A stretch of DNA of 64,000 bases, taken from positions 90,811 to 154,810 of the forward strand of contig CBDHFR010000003.1 in NCBI GenBank assembly GCA_965262665.1, given 5' to 3'. The notes under the pieces were generated by a model. It saw nothing but the letters and a program-made list of their open reading frames with translations, ran no database searches and was not told the DNA's origin. The translations under genes and the position numbers were made by a program. The number at the start of each line of letters is the position of its first letter. Positions within the stretch are counted from its first letter, which is position 1. The DNA comes from Rhodospirillaceae bacterium (GTDB taxonomy: Bacteria > Pseudomonadota > Alphaproteobacteria > Rhodospirillales > Rhodospirillaceae). This document shows, piece by piece, positions 49,235 to 58,830 of this stretch.

Positions 49235-49482
49235 CAGCCGGGATGTCCTTGTTGGTTAGGCTGAAAGGGTGACCAGTCAGGGATAACGTCTATATTGCTA
49301 CCCCCACAGGCCGAGCACTTAAGCCTGGACCTTATGGCCTGTAACGGTGTCTTGGGTTCAAACCGTTCCAACTCCACCACTCCCCTATGACGGTAGTTAA
49401 GGATTTCGCAATACACGTTTAGCCGAGTAACACTGTTAGCCGTCAAATATTCCACGGCCACTACCATGCGTCCCTTAGCCAT
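49234..49482 (-). CDS. Small hypothetical protein upstream of SRAP
   Basis: 82 aa. Its stop overlaps the SRAP start by 1 nt. It has a single CSAC motif. Confidence 0.4.
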   Translation of the reverse strand: MAKGRMVVAVEYLTANSVTRLNVYCEILNYRHRGVVELERFEPKTPLQAIRSRLKCSACGGSNIDVIPDWSPFQPNQQGHPG

Positions 49483-49577
49483 GGCGAGTATGTTCCATTA
49501 AGCGGTGCCTTTTGCAATCAACGTATTAGGAGGTCGGGTGGCGGGTCTACCAACAGGTTTTGAAGGAGATAGCCGCG

Positions 49578-49591
49578 TGCAATTAACTGCA
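49578..49591. promoter_or_regulatory. TGCAnTTAAnTGCA dyad (site 1)
   Basis: TGCAATTAACTGCA lies 96 bp upstream of the 49482 start codon. Confidence 0.4.
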
Positions 49592-49963
49592 CTTGCGAGA
49601 CCTGATCCAATTTGGGCACAGTCTCTCCATGCAAGACAGTGCGAATGCTCTTTGGCCTGACGTATAGCGCGACAATCTGAATGAGAGTTGCGCGACAATC
49701 TGGATAAGAGTTTTGACGTCGCGACGGAGTGGATAGTTTAGATGTTTCTTCTCGATTGCAAGAGCTTTTGCGCCAATTCTGTTTGTCGCGCCGCGACAAT
49801 CAGAATTGCGCTGTTGGGTTTCAGTGTTGGTGTCAATGAACGCGTAATCGCAGGTCAATGCAGCTGAGATTCCATCCATGCTAGTTGGATCGGTTGTGGC
49901 CGCGAGCTGGGAGCTCCGCGGGCCACGTTACAGCAAAGGTGCTGTCGGGGTGGATTCGGGAGC

Positions 49964-50794
49964 TCAGTCGGACGTGGTGTTCTTGGTGGTCGCTCTCGAC
50001 GCCGGCCGGCCGCGTTTTCGTTTGCTTTCTTCAATCGCGGCACGGCGACGGTAGCTCTCGACGTTCATCTCAAGGATCGTGGCACGGTGGACCAGACGGT
50101 CGACGGCAGCCACCGCCGTTGTTTCGTCGGGGAACACTTTGTGCCATTCGCCAAAGGGCTGATTGGCTGTGATTAGAAGTGACCGGCGCTCGTACCTGAC
50201 CGAGATGAGTTCGAACAGCACACTCGTTTCGGCTTGATCCTTGCGCACATAGGCGAAGTCATCGAGGATCACGAGGTGATAGCGGTCCAGTTTCGCCAGC
50301 AGGTTCTCCAGCGTCAGGTCCCGCCGGGCCACCTGCAGCCGCTGCACCAGGTCGGTGGTGCGGGTAAAGAGCACCCGGTACCCACTTTCCACCAGGGCCA
50401 GCCCGATTGCCGAGGCAAGGTGCGATTTTCCCGCACCTGGCGGGCCAAAAATCAAACAGCAGACGGCCTTGGTCGAGCCATGCGTCGCCGGCCGCAAGCG
50501 CCATGACCTGGGCCTTGGAGATCGTCGGCACGACGTTGAAGTCGAAGTTGGCCAGGCTCTTGCCGGGCAACAGCTTCGCCTCGTTCAGGTGGCGCTGGAT
50601 ACGCCCGCGGGCACGTTTCGCCAGTTCGTGCTCGGCGAGGGCGGTGAGGAACCGCGCCGCCGGCCAGCCCTCGGCATTGGCGCGTTCGCTGAAGCTGCGC
50701 CAGATATCCTTCATTGTCGGCAACCGGAGTTCCGTCAGCAACAGATCGAGCTTGAGTGCATCGACCTTGTTGGCGGCGTCATCGCGTGTCTTCG

Positions 50795-50798
<4 letters not shown>
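49964..50798 (-). pseudogene. istB: IS21 IstB ATPase, frameshifted
   Basis: The N-terminal part is ORF 50259..50798. Walker A GPPGAGKSHLA lies in ORF 49964..50497. The frames change near 50470. Confidence 0.8.
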
Positions 50799-51635
<837 letters not shown>

Positions 51636-51741
51636 TCAACTTGTTTGTCGCGCTGCTGTCACCTTGATTGCCGCGAAATACTGACGTCTCGGACCTTAGT
51701 TGCGCACCTTCAAATTGGACGGTTTGGAAAAGGGAACGCAT

Positions 51742-52602
51742 ATGTCTAACCTTTCAATTAAAAACTATAGCATTCTCTTCAATGCTAGCTGGCACACGAC
51801 GGGGCTCTCGAAAAGTATTTCCAAAATCAATCGCGGTATCCTTTACAGGGAATATGAAGAATTAAGACGTTGCGCTCCGCGACGCTCGGACAGGGGAAAG
51901 AGGTATTTTGTCGATGGACACGACGGAAACCTTTTGACGATGGGCGGTAGCAACCGCTTCGAGGAGCACCTGGCAATCGCGATCTGGCGCATAAAGGGAC
52001 TTTGGCCGCGCCCGGGTAGGGGTAGGTTTCGTCTGCTTGACTATCAATTTCCGCTAAAGGCCCATCAGTCGGATAAAGGTATCGGTAAGGTCGATCTGTT
52101 CGGCATCACAGTTGACAACAGACCAATGGTTATCGAGTTGAAGGTTAGGCCACAGCAGGACAATAGCCGGGGTGAGAGCCCCGTGGCTGCTTTGATGCAA
52201 GGGCTTCGCTATGCCGCCATTGTGGAGGCTAACCAGGACGCGATTGCGAAGGAAGTAAGGGACATTTGTAATGTGAAAATCGTCAAGGCACCACCGATTG
52301 TGCAAATACTCGCACCAGAGGGGTGGTGGCATGGCTGGTTGGAACTTCACGGTTCAACTCGCAAAGCTGCGGGGTGTTGGGAACCGGAGTTCGCCAAGCT
52401 CGCCCATGATATCGAAGGGCAATTAGGCGTCGTCGTCGAGTGTGTCGCGCTTGAAGACTTCAGTCATGCCGACATCGTCTACGGTTCAGACGGCATGAGC
52501 CACAGATCAACCACATCCCCCTACTTTATCCCGTTCGACCAGGTGAGGCCCAAGCTATCGGACCTGCTTTGCCTGCCCTCCGACCTGAAAGCTAAGCAAT
52601 GA
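51742..52602 (+). CDS. PD-(D/E)xK (RecB/Cas4-like) nuclease-fold protein, uncharacterised
   Basis: ATG 51742. The core is GKVDLFGITVDNRPMVIELKV (D...ExK), followed by QxxxY (ALMQGLRY). The family was not recognised. Confidence 0.6.
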   Translation: MSNLSIKNYSILFNASWHTTGLSKSISKINRGILYREYEELRRCAPRRSDRGKRYFVDGHDGNLLTMGGSNRFEEHLAIAIWRIKGLWPRPGRGRFRLLDYQFPLKAHQSDKGIGKVDLFGITVDNRPMVIELKVRPQQDNSRGESPVAALMQGLRYAAIVEANQDAIAKEVRDICNVKIVKAPPIVQILAPEGWWHGWLELHGSTRKAAGCWEPEFAKLAHDIEGQLGVVVECVALEDFSHADIVYGSDGMSHRSTTSPYFIPFDQVRPKLSDLLCLPSDLKAKQ

Positions 52603-53558
52603 CACGTTACGCCAACTATGAAAGTGCGTTGCTCCAAACTATGTGGACTTGGGCAGACCAGCATCATCAAGGTGAGTTCGATGGGATCGAACGGCATGGG
52701 CGCCCCCCTGTTCTCGCAGACAGGTTTGCCTCAAAGAATATCTTGGTTCCACGGAATAGCCGAAAGGCGCACGAAATCCGGGCCGCCATCCCGGAGCGTG
52801 AGAGACACCGGTGGTTTACCAGCTTGAAGAGCTCCCAAGCCTTAGCACAAAGCTTTTTTGGGGCGATCCGTGCTTTCAACCGCCTCGATTTACTACAAGA
52901 TGTGCCCACAGAGTGTGGACGACCGGCCTTCTTTGAAGGTCTTCACGGCTCAACACTTGAATTTGAGCATGAGGTGCGTGGGCTGGGAGAGCCGAGACCG
53001 ACCAGTATCGACGTATTGCTCCGTGGGCCGCAAAAGCGAATCGCCATCGAATGCAAGTTCACTGAGCGGGAGTTTGGCACCTGCTCCCGCCCGAGGCTGC
53101 GTCCTGGCGATAAAACCTATCCTGAACAGCACTGCGACGGTAGTTATCGGATTCAACGTGGTCGCCGCGAGCGCTGTGCCTTGACAGAAATCGGTGTCCA
53201 GTACTGGCAGCATCTACCTCAACTCTTCGATTGGACGGCAGATTGCGACCATGTACCGTGCCCCTTGGAAGATGTTTACCAACTGGCACGAAACGCCCTT
53301 GCCGCCACTCTCACTCCTGACGGTGCGATAGACCAGACTACCGGGCATGCCCTTGTCGTTTACGATGCTCGCAACCCCGAGTTCCAGGAGGGTGGCAAGG
53401 CCGAGATAAAATGGGCTTCAGCGACCTTAGACTGTCGTATACTAGGATTTTTGCGCCGCTTAAGCTGGCAAAGTCTGTTGGCTACTTTGGCCGATGCGCC
53501 GGAATTGGCTTATCTCGTTGACGGGGTACAAACGAAATACGGCTTGAAGCCAGAGTGA
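52599..53558 (+). CDS. Second PD-(D/E)xK-like nuclease-fold protein, Cys-rich, uncharacterised
   Basis: Its start overlaps the upstream stop (ATGA). The core is TSIDVLLRGPQKRIAIECKF. It has SSQALAQSFFG upstream and several Cys downstream. Confidence 0.55.
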   Translation: MTRYANYESALLQTMWTWADQHHQGEFDGIERHGRPPVLADRFASKNILVPRNSRKAHEIRAAIPERERHRWFTSLKSSQALAQSFFGAIRAFNRLDLLQDVPTECGRPAFFEGLHGSTLEFEHEVRGLGEPRPTSIDVLLRGPQKRIAIECKFTEREFGTCSRPRLRPGDKTYPEQHCDGSYRIQRGRRERCALTEIGVQYWQHLPQLFDWTADCDHVPCPLEDVYQLARNALAATLTPDGAIDQTTGHALVVYDARNPEFQEGGKAEIKWASATLDCRILGFLRRLSWQSLLATLADAPELAYLVDGVQTKYGLKPE

Positions 53559-53566
53559 GTGGAGTT

Positions 53567-53580
53567 TGCACTTAATTGCA
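53567..53580. promoter_or_regulatory. TGCAnTTAAnTGCA dyad (site 2)
   Basis: TGCACTTAATTGCA lies 9 bp after the stop of 52599..53558. Confidence 0.35.
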
Positions 53581-53637
53581 ACATTCGTGACTTTGCCAAA
53601 CGACACAACCATATCGTAACGGTTGCCAGGGCACGTA

Positions 53638-54128
53638 TCACAATTCAGAAACGGAAGCTAATTCAGACCAGAAATGTTTTAGCTTCTTGAAATGTCCGTT
53701 TGCCGGAGATGGGTCAGGCACCATCGCTATGACCGTTTCGCCCACGGTGATATGGGAAATGCCCCAACCTGAATTCTTGCCGAGACAGCCTATGGCAGGA
53801 TTCCTTCCCAGGAACGCAAGCACTTTCGGAGCATGGTTAAGCACAAGCTTTTTCTTAATGCTTTTCGGTCCCAGTCCGTTGGTTCAGTGCCGTCACCATG
53901 GACCGAATTTTTCATCAAGTCCGTCAAACCTATCCCGTAGTCTAAGAGCCTTTGGTCTTCTTCAGGCCTCAGCACCCGTGGTGTTAATCCGACTTCGTGC
54001 AGGGTTCCCCAGAAGCGGTGACTTGGGTTTGAAAAATAGTGACCCGTTAAAGCGGACTGAGGTCCGGCGTTATACCCGCAAAACAGAATCCTAAGATTGC
54101 CACCAACGATATCGGGTAAGACAGGCAT
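53638..54128 (-). pseudogene. mug: G:T/U mismatch-specific DNA glycosylase (Mug/TDG, UDG family 2), frameshifted
   Basis: LRILFCGYNAGPQSALTGHYFSNPSHRFWGTLHEVGLTP matches my memory of E. coli Mug (VVFCGINPG...HPANRFW). The C-terminal part (..APKVLAFLG...VPDPSPANG) is in another frame. The shift maps to the T5 run at 53849-53853. Confidence 0.75.
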
Positions 54129-54327
54129 CAGAACGGCTTCGGCAACTTCTCTGCATATACCATAGGTCAGCGTTATATCATTGAAATCCGCTTGGCCTGT
54201 ATGAATCAAGTCACGAATTATGTGCTGGTCGCCTGGTCCCATACCCCCACCAATACAGACAATCCTTGTGTCGTGATCATGCCCGGTAACGTGATGTTGG
54301 GCCTCCCAACCGCCTGTAAAGGGGATT

Positions 54328-54341
54328 TGCAGTTAATTGCA
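54328..54341. promoter_or_regulatory. TGCAnTTAAnTGCA dyad (site 3)
   Basis: TGCAGTTAATTGCA is the reverse complement of site 1. It lies 86 bp upstream of the longest mug ORF start. Confidence 0.4.
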
Positions 54342-54985
54342 ATTGCACCGGTCCACTGCCGTCGACACGGCTTCGGACCCTCGTTCTGTCCCTCTTGACA
54401 TCGGGGTTTTAATGCACGCTCTGGCTTCCCTCTGAATCCCCCAATAAACGATTTATTTTCAATCTCTTACCAATGTCTTAATGGATTTTATACTTCTGTT
54501 TCCGGTATTGTCCGAAAGTGATTCTCGGACACAATAAAACATCCGGAAGTGGCGTCTCCGAAATTATTAAGAGCTCGCCAGAATCGCTACCCATCACTAC
54601 CCAAGAGTGGTGAGTAAACCACTGTCTTCAACGACCTGGGGCCATGTCCCCCAAAGTGTTTCTGGTTTCCATAATTTTCCGGACGTTGAGGCGATAGCGT
54701 CTTCGTACTCCTGCCTCATGTCTTTGGGCAACTGGGTTCAAGGCTCCCTCAAGACCACGGTATCGGCAGAATAAATTAACAAGTCTGGTTTCTCTGCTAG
54801 CTGCTAGCGCCTGGAAAGGATGTATGCTTGGAAAACCCATTTTGCAATTGGTTGCAAATTAGTTGAATGGGCACACGCTTGATCAATCAGCTCAAGATAT
54901 GATCCCCAATAACTTAATTTTCATAGTGATTTGCCCAGAACTTTTCTGGCACGGCAAAATACTACAGAAAATATCAAGACCTATT

Positions 54986-55542
54986 CCTTGGTTTACTTGG
55001 TCATCTTGGTAATGTTGATCATCTTGAATTTACGCCGTCATCTGAACTCATATTTCCTCTCCCGACTTCAGTTGATATGACCCCAATAAAATCTGGAAAG
55101 AAACTTAGGTAAACCTAGTCAAGATGACCAACATGACCAACATTCTCTTATGCTCTATAAGAATCAGCCAAGGCGCTCGCATATCTCACACCTGCTGCCT
55201 ACGCTGTACCATTGCGATCCAAACGGGATGACGATTTTGAAGTCCCTTAGGTCTGCACAATCCATCCAGATGATCAACACCCGCAGTTACACAAAGGGCA
55301 ACCGTCGGCTCTAGATCACTTTAGATGATCGTTGGGGGCACAGCATTTTTTGCAATTGAATTGCAAATTTGTTCTAGCTGATCCCGATTATAGAAGTCCT
55401 TGGTTGTCTTGGTTATGTTGGTCTTCTTGATCAATATGACGCGAACAAAACTAACACAACTCCTAGCTGTTCTCATGTGGGATTTATGGAAAATCACTTC
55501 GAGTTTTTTTAGCCAAGGGGACGAACCAAGGTGACCAAGATA
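54986..55542. repeat. Four clusters of 9-bp-periodic TTGGT iterons (origin-like)
   Basis: The clusters are at 54986-55027 (+), 55119-55144 (-), 55398-55433 (+) and 55523-55542 (-). An example is TTGGTTGTC TTGGTTATG TTGGTCTTC TTGATCAAT. Confidence 0.55.
55350..55366. promoter_or_regulatory. Perfect 17-bp palindrome TTGCAATTGAATTGCAA
   Basis: It has 8-bp arms around a central G and lies inside the iteron region. Related TTGCAA pairs occur at 54842-54857 and 55556-55567. Confidence 0.4.
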
Positions 55543-55583
55543 TCCAGGGTAATGTGGTTGCAAATTGATGTTCTTGACCATTG

Positions 55584-56990
55584 CTAAAAGTCATCCTGCT
55601 TTGGAAGTGACCATTCCCACCAGGACATATTGTTATCGTCGTGGGTCTTTTTCTTTTTCACTCCGATCTTTTTTGCTGCTCTTTGTAACGTCGACTTCGA
55701 GTGTCCGTTCTCTTTGGCAATCTTGGCAAGTTTCTTTTGTGAAACTGGACCATTTGCTAGCACCTCTTGAAGAAATTCGACAGCGTCGGCAATGGCACTC
55801 GCTGTTTGGGGGTTGGTCGTTGAAACAACGTCATTCGCTGAATATTCCGTCAACCCAATCATTTTTATAGCACCCGCTTCCCATTTATTTCCTTCTTCGG
55901 TAATGCCGGATTTGCTTTCTATACAAAAGCGCCAAGCCACAGGCTTTTTTGCTAGATTGGCTTTCACAGGCACCAAGACCTGTGAATTTGCGTCGTCTGG
56001 CGCTGGAGCAATCAGCAATGCGGAACGCACAGAAGCAATCAGGCCGATTGACCCGCCGCCTCGATACATGGCGGTTGTTTCACTATTCTTGGTGAGGTGT
56101 CGTACAGCAATTATCGTGAGATGACATTCTTCTGCCAGAGTCTTTAGCGGACCTAAGGCTCTTCTGACGTGTTGATCCTTATGAGAGTTTGTTTGCTCAG
56201 AGAGAAAAGCGACCAGAGGCTCTATGATTAGGAGCCTAATGTCATGATCTTCGCAGTACTTCTGCAAGAAGTCTAAGTCATCAGGAATAGAGATTAAGCG
56301 ACGGTTTCCGCTTGCATCTTCTAATTCACTTATCAAATGCACCCGCTTCACGTCTGCACCAGAAGCGCAGAGTCGCGGGACAACGGTTGTACTTAAGTTG
56401 TCCTCAATGCTTAGAATTGCTGCTGAGCCAGGGTCACAAGGTGTGCTATCAGGAAGAGGAAGGCCAGCGGATTGGATCGCCGCGAGGTAGCAGCAAAAGG
56501 TGGACTTGCCAACTCCAGGGTCGCCTTCGACAAGAGTGGTAGCTTCGCGTGGAATTAATCCAGGTAAAAACCACTGAGTCTCTGTAGGGGCCACGTCACT
56601 GGCTAATACAGCCTTTAGCTCACCAGAGAAGTTTGAGCCATTTTGGCAATGCGTATGCTCTTTTAGCCCGAGCCACTGACAACATTTCTTTGCAACCTCC
56701 TCGCCGACTTCTCCCAACAATTGGATTGCGATTGGCCAACCGTTGACAGTTTCCTTTTTCGCAATCTTGGATGCAGTGGCTTTGACAGCCTTTGCTCGAC
56801 TCGTTGCTTCTTCATCACCTGCAAATTTAGCAGCTTCGAAAATTAGCTTCTCCACAAGAGCGGGGTCACATCCGTTGCGGATCATAGCGCCAGCATAGGC
56901 TAAGGCTAGATTCTGCCGCTCACCATTCGTTTTGGGCCATGTACAAGCAAGGAGTGCGGCTACCGCCAGCTGATTTGTTCGCTGGCGCAA
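55584..56990 (-). CDS. RecA-like (AAA_25/RepA-type) replicative helicase/ATPase with C-terminal HTH
   Basis: Walker A is GDPGVGKSTFCCYLAA and Walker B is LLIIEPL. The C-terminal segment is ..KKLAKIAKENGHSKSTLQRAAKKIG... The start is TTG. Confidence 0.8.
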   Translation of the reverse strand: MRQRTNQLAVAALLACTWPKTNGERQNLALAYAGAMIRNGCDPALVEKLIFEAAKFAGDEEATSRAKAVKATASKIAKKETVNGWPIAIQLLGEVGEEVAKKCCQWLGLKEHTHCQNGSNFSGELKAVLASDVAPTETQWFLPGLIPREATTLVEGDPGVGKSTFCCYLAAIQSAGLPLPDSTPCDPGSAAILSIEDNLSTTVVPRLCASGADVKRVHLISELEDASGNRRLISIPDDLDFLQKYCEDHDIRLLIIEPLVAFLSEQTNSHKDQHVRRALGPLKTLAEECHLTIIAVRHLTKNSETTAMYRGGGSIGLIASVRSALLIAPAPDDANSQVLVPVKANLAKKPVAWRFCIESKSGITEEGNKWEAGAIKMIGLTEYSANDVVSTTNPQTASAIADAVEFLQEVLANGPVSQKKLAKIAKENGHSKSTLQRAAKKIGVKKKKTHDDNNMSWWEWSLPKQDDF

Positions 56991-57475
56991 GGCTTACCGT
57001 CAACCAATGAGGGCATTCCAGCTCTCCCGTCTTTGAATTGTATCTGTTCGCCGCTTGGATGTACCGAAGGAGGAACCGTAACTAGTCGATTACCCCCTCG
57101 GAGCTCCAATAGAATTGTCGTCTTTCCGTGAAGAATTGTTTTGTATACGACAGTCTCAATCTCTTCCTGAGCACGGTAGAGGTAATGACTACCAGGAGCT
57201 GAGGCACGACCAAATACACAGTCCGTGTCACCAAGAAACTGTGAAGCTAGCGCCCTTACCTCAGCAGAATCCATATCGATATCGACGAGTTGGCCATATT
57301 CCTTGCCAAGTCGAAGGGATACGCCGTTGTTGGACCCAAATTCGTCTTGTGAATTGACAGGATCAAAAGTGTACTCTGTCCACTTCACAGAAGGTTTCTT
57401 TGTCTTGGGACTCAACGGGATTGGGAACAGACCGTTTTCATGATAGATCTTCGCGACAATGATTGGCGACGACAA
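56960..57475 (-). CDS. Prim-Pol (bifunctional DNA primase/polymerase N-terminal) domain protein
   Basis: 171 aa. It has ..FPIPLSPKTKKPSVKW.. and the acidic motif VDIDMDS. It overlaps the helicase ORF by 31 nt in another frame. Confidence 0.7.
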   Translation of the reverse strand: MSSPIIVAKIYHENGLFPIPLSPKTKKPSVKWTEYTFDPVNSQDEFGSNNGVSLRLGKEYGQLVDIDMDSAEVRALASQFLGDTDCVFGRASAPGSHYLYRAQEEIETVVYKTILHGKTTILLELRGGNRLVTVPPSVHPSGEQIQFKDGRAGMPSLVDGKPCASEQISWR

Positions 57476-57547
57476 GTCCGTAAAGACTTGATCGTTGTAG
57501 ACAACCGATTTCCTTCAAAAAGTATAGGCATTTGGGCACCTCATTCT

Positions 57548-57832
57548 TTACTTGTGAGATGAGTTGAAGTTCGCTACACGTTGCTCTTCGATCCACTGAT
57601 CAAACGCATCTAAATCAACCAGTACCTTCCTCCCCACTCGCAATATTGCTCCTGCTTCGCAAAGTCCATTGCCCGGGATTTTTTCACCCCGGCTGTTGAA
57701 TCTTGCTTTTGAATTAAAGATGAGGTGACGCATCGCTGACTCTGAGAAAACACTCCCATATGCGGGATTGTTGGCGACCTGCTTTACAGTAGCCAAACGT
57801 AAATGTGATGTATGGCGTTGTCGGTTTTCCAT
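57548..57832 (-). CDS. Excisionase/AlpA-like small DNA-binding protein
   Basis: 94 aa. ..LATVKQVAN...LRVGRKVLVDLDAFDQWIEEQ fits an HTH_17/MerR-like excisionase pattern. It sits just upstream of the Prim-Pol gene. Confidence 0.5.
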   Translation of the reverse strand: MENRQRHTSHLRLATVKQVANNPAYGSVFSESAMRHLIFNSKARFNSRGEKIPGNGLCEAGAILRVGRKVLVDLDAFDQWIEEQRVANFNSSHK

Positions 57833-57921
57833 GGATCCCTCCTAACCGCGCACTGTGCCTTTGGGGCAGGAAGAACTACTGACATTTTGAATTTAAAAAA
57901 TGTCCTAGAGGGACTCATGGA

Positions 57922-57968
57922 GGTCAGGTTATTTGGTCAGGTTTTAGGTCAGTTGGTCTTTGACCAGG
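57922..57968. repeat. Three direct GGTCAG(G)TT repeats plus an inverted GGTC/GACC
   Basis: GGTCAGGTTATTTGGTCAGGTTTTAGGTCAGTTGGTCTTTGACCAGG lies upstream of the excisionase-like/Prim-Pol operon. Confidence 0.45.
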
Positions 57969-58528
57969 GAAAGATCAATGTCCTGCCATTTAATGTTCGG
58001 CTTTTTTGGTCGGCCACCCTTATGGGGACTTCTTCCCTTGAGATAATTCCTTATGGTTACTGGGGAATAAGAGGGCAGATTTAGGTGCGGTAAATTCGCG
58101 GGCAGCTGCGTCAACGCTTTCGCCACGACTTCGGCAGTTGCATTAGGCCATTTTTCCCAGACGATTTTGGCGGCCTCAACATAGATGTACTCGGCGTTTT
58201 GGTGAACCGCACCAGCTTTGGCTTGTCCTTTGTTGTGATAGGCGCCCCAGACTTGTTGGGAAATCCTAAATTTCCCCGCACCCCTTTCTCTGACATGCCG
58301 AAGTAACGTGCCGGGTACGAAATGTGGTTCATTTTCAAGTTGCTCTACAGCGTAGAGGCGACTGTAGTCGTATTCCTTCTTAAGCCAAGCATACAGTTGG
58401 TAGACCGGATGGGTGGTCTTATTTTTATAGGGAACTGGGTTGTTGGGATCGTAACCGCTTATGAGATGTGCCGCTTCGTATAGTGTCCAAGTTGCACGTT
58501 GGACCCAATGTGAGACAAAGTTGGTCAC
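57944..58528 (-). CDS. Hypothetical protein of the integrative element
   Basis: 194-aa ORF with a basic C-terminus (..KGRSPHKGGRPKKP..). No family was recognised. Confidence 0.4.
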   Translation of the reverse strand: MTNFVSHWVQRATWTLYEAAHLISGYDPNNPVPYKNKTTHPVYQLYAWLKKEYDYSRLYAVEQLENEPHFVPGTLLRHVRERGAGKFRISQQVWGAYHNKGQAKAGAVHQNAEYIYVEAAKIVWEKWPNATAEVVAKALTQLPANLPHLNLPSYSPVTIRNYLKGRSPHKGGRPKKPNIKWQDIDLSLVKDQLT

Positions 58529-58830
58529 ATTGAACCCTGCGGTTCTGAGAATAATTGAGACATAGAATTTAGTACATTTGCGTTATGCGTAATTAAGAGA
58601 TGCGCATATCTTTTGACCACTTTTGGCGACTTATGGCCTCGCTCTTCAGCGATTTCACGTCTGCTCGCGCGGTTTATGGCGAGATAACTGGTAAAGAAGC
58701 GATATGCAGCTGCTTGCATGTGGCCAAACACCCTTAAACTCATGCTGTCTGTGATGGGCCTTTCTGACGCGGTAAGTCGGAAAATCCCTCTGATTTCTTA
58801 CTATGAAGAAAAATACCTTTTTTAATCTTA
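58525..58830 (-). pseudogene. C-terminal remnant of a second tyrosine integrase
   Basis: ..SYLAINRASRREIAEERGHKSPKVVKRYAHL.. parallels ..SYLAMNGASLPEIASVLGHKTYQMVARYAHL.. of 59879..60949. Upstream homology is in another frame and is cut by IS5 at 58831. Confidence 0.6.

Noticed and set aside
49483-49600. A possible alphaproteobacterial SOS (LexA) box upstream of the SRAP operon.
   Set aside because: No GTTC-N7-GTTC or GAAC-N7-GAAC direct repeat is present. The only structured motif is the TGCA dyad, which does not match the LexA consensus I know.
49660-49812. Repeated GCGCGACAATCTG.AT.AGAGTT and TGTTTGTCGCGC motifs as a host regulatory array.
   Set aside because: The same motifs recur at the opposite end of the IS21 remnant (51635-51690). 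Multiple terminal repeats are a known feature of IS21-family ends.
54986-55542. The repeat clusters as a possible CRISPR array.
   Set aside because: The repeats have 9-bp periodicity, no spacers of 25-40 bp, and occur in both orientations. No cas genes are anywhere in the window. An iteron or binding-site array is the better explanation.
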